Positions 62,696 to 64,000 of a stretch of DNA of 64,000 nucleotides are shown here, one piece after another. The position numbers and the translations under genes are program-made. Origin of the DNA: a virus; IMG/VR virus record IMGVR_UViG_3300024999_000034, positions 116,839-180,838 of that record; one strand, 5' to 3'. The notes beneath the pieces are model-generated. The model did no database searches and was not told where the DNA came from. It saw only the letters and a program-made list of their open reading frames with translations. The number at the start of each line of letters is the position of its first letter. The stretch's first letter is position 1.

Positions 62696-62905
62696 ATGGG
62701 TAAAAGAGTAAAAGTTATATCAGAAAATAAAAAATCAGAAAATAGATTGTATCAAGACACTATAACTAAAAAGAAAATGACCAAAAAAGAATTTGTCAAA
62801 GAAATTGAAAATGGAAGTTATGAAAATTATCATGTCAGAAAAATAAATGGCGTAAAAACACCTGCGTCGAATCCAGATAAAAGCGAAGAAAATAATCTAG
62901 GTTGA
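62696..62905 (+). CDS. DUF3892-like small protein
   Basis: MTKKEFVKEIE.G.Y..YHV..INGVKTPASNPDKSEENNLG. Confidence 0.65.
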   Translation: MGKRVKVISENKKSENRLYQDTITKKKMTKKEFVKEIENGSYENYHVRKINGVKTPASNPDKSEENNLG

Positions 62906-62951
62906 TTCACATCAACTCTGACTTTCGAAGGATTATAGAAAGGAGAAACAT

Positions 62952-63281
62952 ATGAAATTAAAATGTCCTGTGGATTATGACTTAAATAATTGCTCATCAA
63001 ACGATTATGGTTTAACTTGTGAAACATGTTTTCACAGTTATAATCACAAATACAACTCACCAGACCACAGCCATATCACCTGTAAAGAATTTGGTAAGAT
63101 TGACGGAATGAATGGATCTTGTCATTACTGCCTAGAAGACACTCCTTATCAGTGGGAAATGTGTAGTGATGAATCTTGGAAAAGAAATTTAATGAGCATA
63201 CGTAGCAAATGCCAGTGCACTGAAGAAGAGGCAATTGAGTTTATTAATGATTATAAATCTAAACTATATCAATTAAATTAA
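62952..63281 (+). CDS. Cys-rich hypothetical protein
   Basis: AAGGAGA RBS, multiple CxxC. Confidence 0.55.
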   Translation: MKLKCPVDYDLNNCSSNDYGLTCETCFHSYNHKYNSPDHSHITCKEFGKIDGMNGSCHYCLEDTPYQWEMCSDESWKRNLMSIRSKCQCTEEEAIEFINDYKSKLYQLN

Positions 63282-63432
63282 ATAATCTGATTTAATGGAG
63301 AAATAAAGAAAAGGAATGATTAAATGGAAGCAGTAAAAGTAAAAGATTTTGTGTTAGAAGTACCAAACTTCGTTCAAACCCCTAAAAAGAAACAAATTAC
63401 TCAAGCTAAATATGTACTGGAGGAGTTATTGA

Positions 63433-64000
63433 TTGAAACTAAATAAACAACGAAAAACAGCAGCAGAAAAAAGACAAGAAAAATTTGATCGTGACCATAA
63501 ATTAATAAACGGAATAGATCATAAATTCTGTAATAAACATCAAATATTTTTCCCTGAAGAAAGTCCTTGGTTTCCTGCTAATACTGATTATTTCTATCAT
63601 AATGATAAAAATAGTATAGATCACCTACATCCATCGTGCATACTTTGTGCTAGAAAGAAGGCAGTAATACATAAGGCAAATAATGTAGAGTATTATAAAC
63701 AAAAAGACAAAGAGCGTTATAATGCTGATAAAGGATATAGAAAAAGACAAAGAGACAGGTATAATCTTTTAAATCCTCATAGAAGCAAAGAAATTCATGA
63801 CGCATTTATAAAAAATAACCCTGAAAAACAAAGAGAATACAGATTAAAAAGAGAGCCTAAAAATCATAAAATAAGTATAAAAGAATGGGAAGCATGTCAA
63901 AAGTATTTTGATTATAAATGTGCATATTGTGGTTTACCGATTACAGAACATTGGATTACACATAAAGGAGTTACTAAATTAGGTGGATTTCATAAAGATC
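63433..64000 (+). CDS. HNH endonuclease paralog 3, 3' truncated by window edge (absent from the ORF track)
   Basis: AGGAG RBS plus TTG 63433; ...HKISIKEWEACQKYFDYKCAYCGLPI...FHKD aligns with paralogs 1 and 2. Confidence 0.8.
   Translation, partial: MKLNKQRKTAAEKRQEKFDRDHKLINGIDHKFCNKHQIFFPEESPWFPANTDYFYHNDKNSIDHLHPSCILCARKKAVIHKANNVEYYKQKDKERYNADKGYRKRQRDRYNLLNPHRSKEIHDAFIKNNPEKQREYRLKREPKNHKISIKEWEACQKYFDYKCAYCGLPITEHWITHKGVTKLGGFHKD

Larger units (their letters stand above)
1..64000 (+). mobile_element. Segment of a large SPbeta-like temperate phage/prophage of a Bacillota (likely clostridial) host: accessory, lysogeny-control and DNA-metabolism region
   Basis: Dense co-oriented small ORFs with AGGAG-type RBSs, YopX, phage ATP-dependent ligase, T4-like RNA ligase, HNH endonucleases, yopQ/yopR-like pair; no host housekeeping genes seen. 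Confidence 0.85.

Noticed and set aside
2733-63060. All minus-strand ORFs in the supplied track (for example 2733..2963, 3868..4116, 9294..9539, 22708..22968, 39130..39375, 41157..41414)
   Set aside because: They are short shadows of better + strand genes, with no RBS or motifs
1-64000. CRISPR array, tRNA or rRNA genes
   Set aside because: No regularly spaced identical repeats with unique spacers and no cloverleaf or T-loop signatures were seen by eye; the dispersed palindromes are degenerate and gene-separated

Overview
A strongly AT-rich, almost entirely + strand segment of a large temperate Bacillota phage or prophage, probably clostridial. It has SPbeta-like hallmarks: a YopX gene, an ATP-dependent DNA ligase, a 3D-domain protein, a DndB/ParB-like gene followed by a degenerate tyrosine-recombinase-fold gene (like SPbeta yopQ-yopR/mrpR), and a dispersed intergenic palindrome. 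I found no virion structural genes, tRNAs, rRNAs or CRISPR arrays. Most of the window is arrays of small accessory ORFs driven by sigmaA-type promoters. These are interspersed with nucleotide and counter-defence enzymes: an Apyc1-like MBL hydrolase, an HD hydrolase, two metallophosphoesterases, UvsE, NADAR, an RNA ligase-NTase-NTase-PNK/HD repair cluster, and a ligase-macro-PARP cluster. Several homing-type endonucleases are also present. The most striking feature is a module at about 34-45 kb. It contains an orphan MazF, AgrB, a DUF5317-like membrane protein, two paralogous kinase-less AgrC-like membrane proteins, an unannotated 35-aa AgrD-like peptide (38516..38623, predicted Ser-lactone ring SMVVW) and an HTH-MazF fusion. 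It lies directly upstream of the yopQ/mrpR-like operon, where SPbeta-like phages carry arbitrium. I infer a candidate cyclic-peptide phage communication system controlling lysis versus lysogeny. Other notable observations are a frameshifted DNA methyltransferase with an (AG)7 tract (possible phase variation), at least 25 copies of a 10-6-10 bp palindrome at gene boundaries, and a candidate structured RNA leader. All family assignments come from motif recognition by eye; no searches were run.
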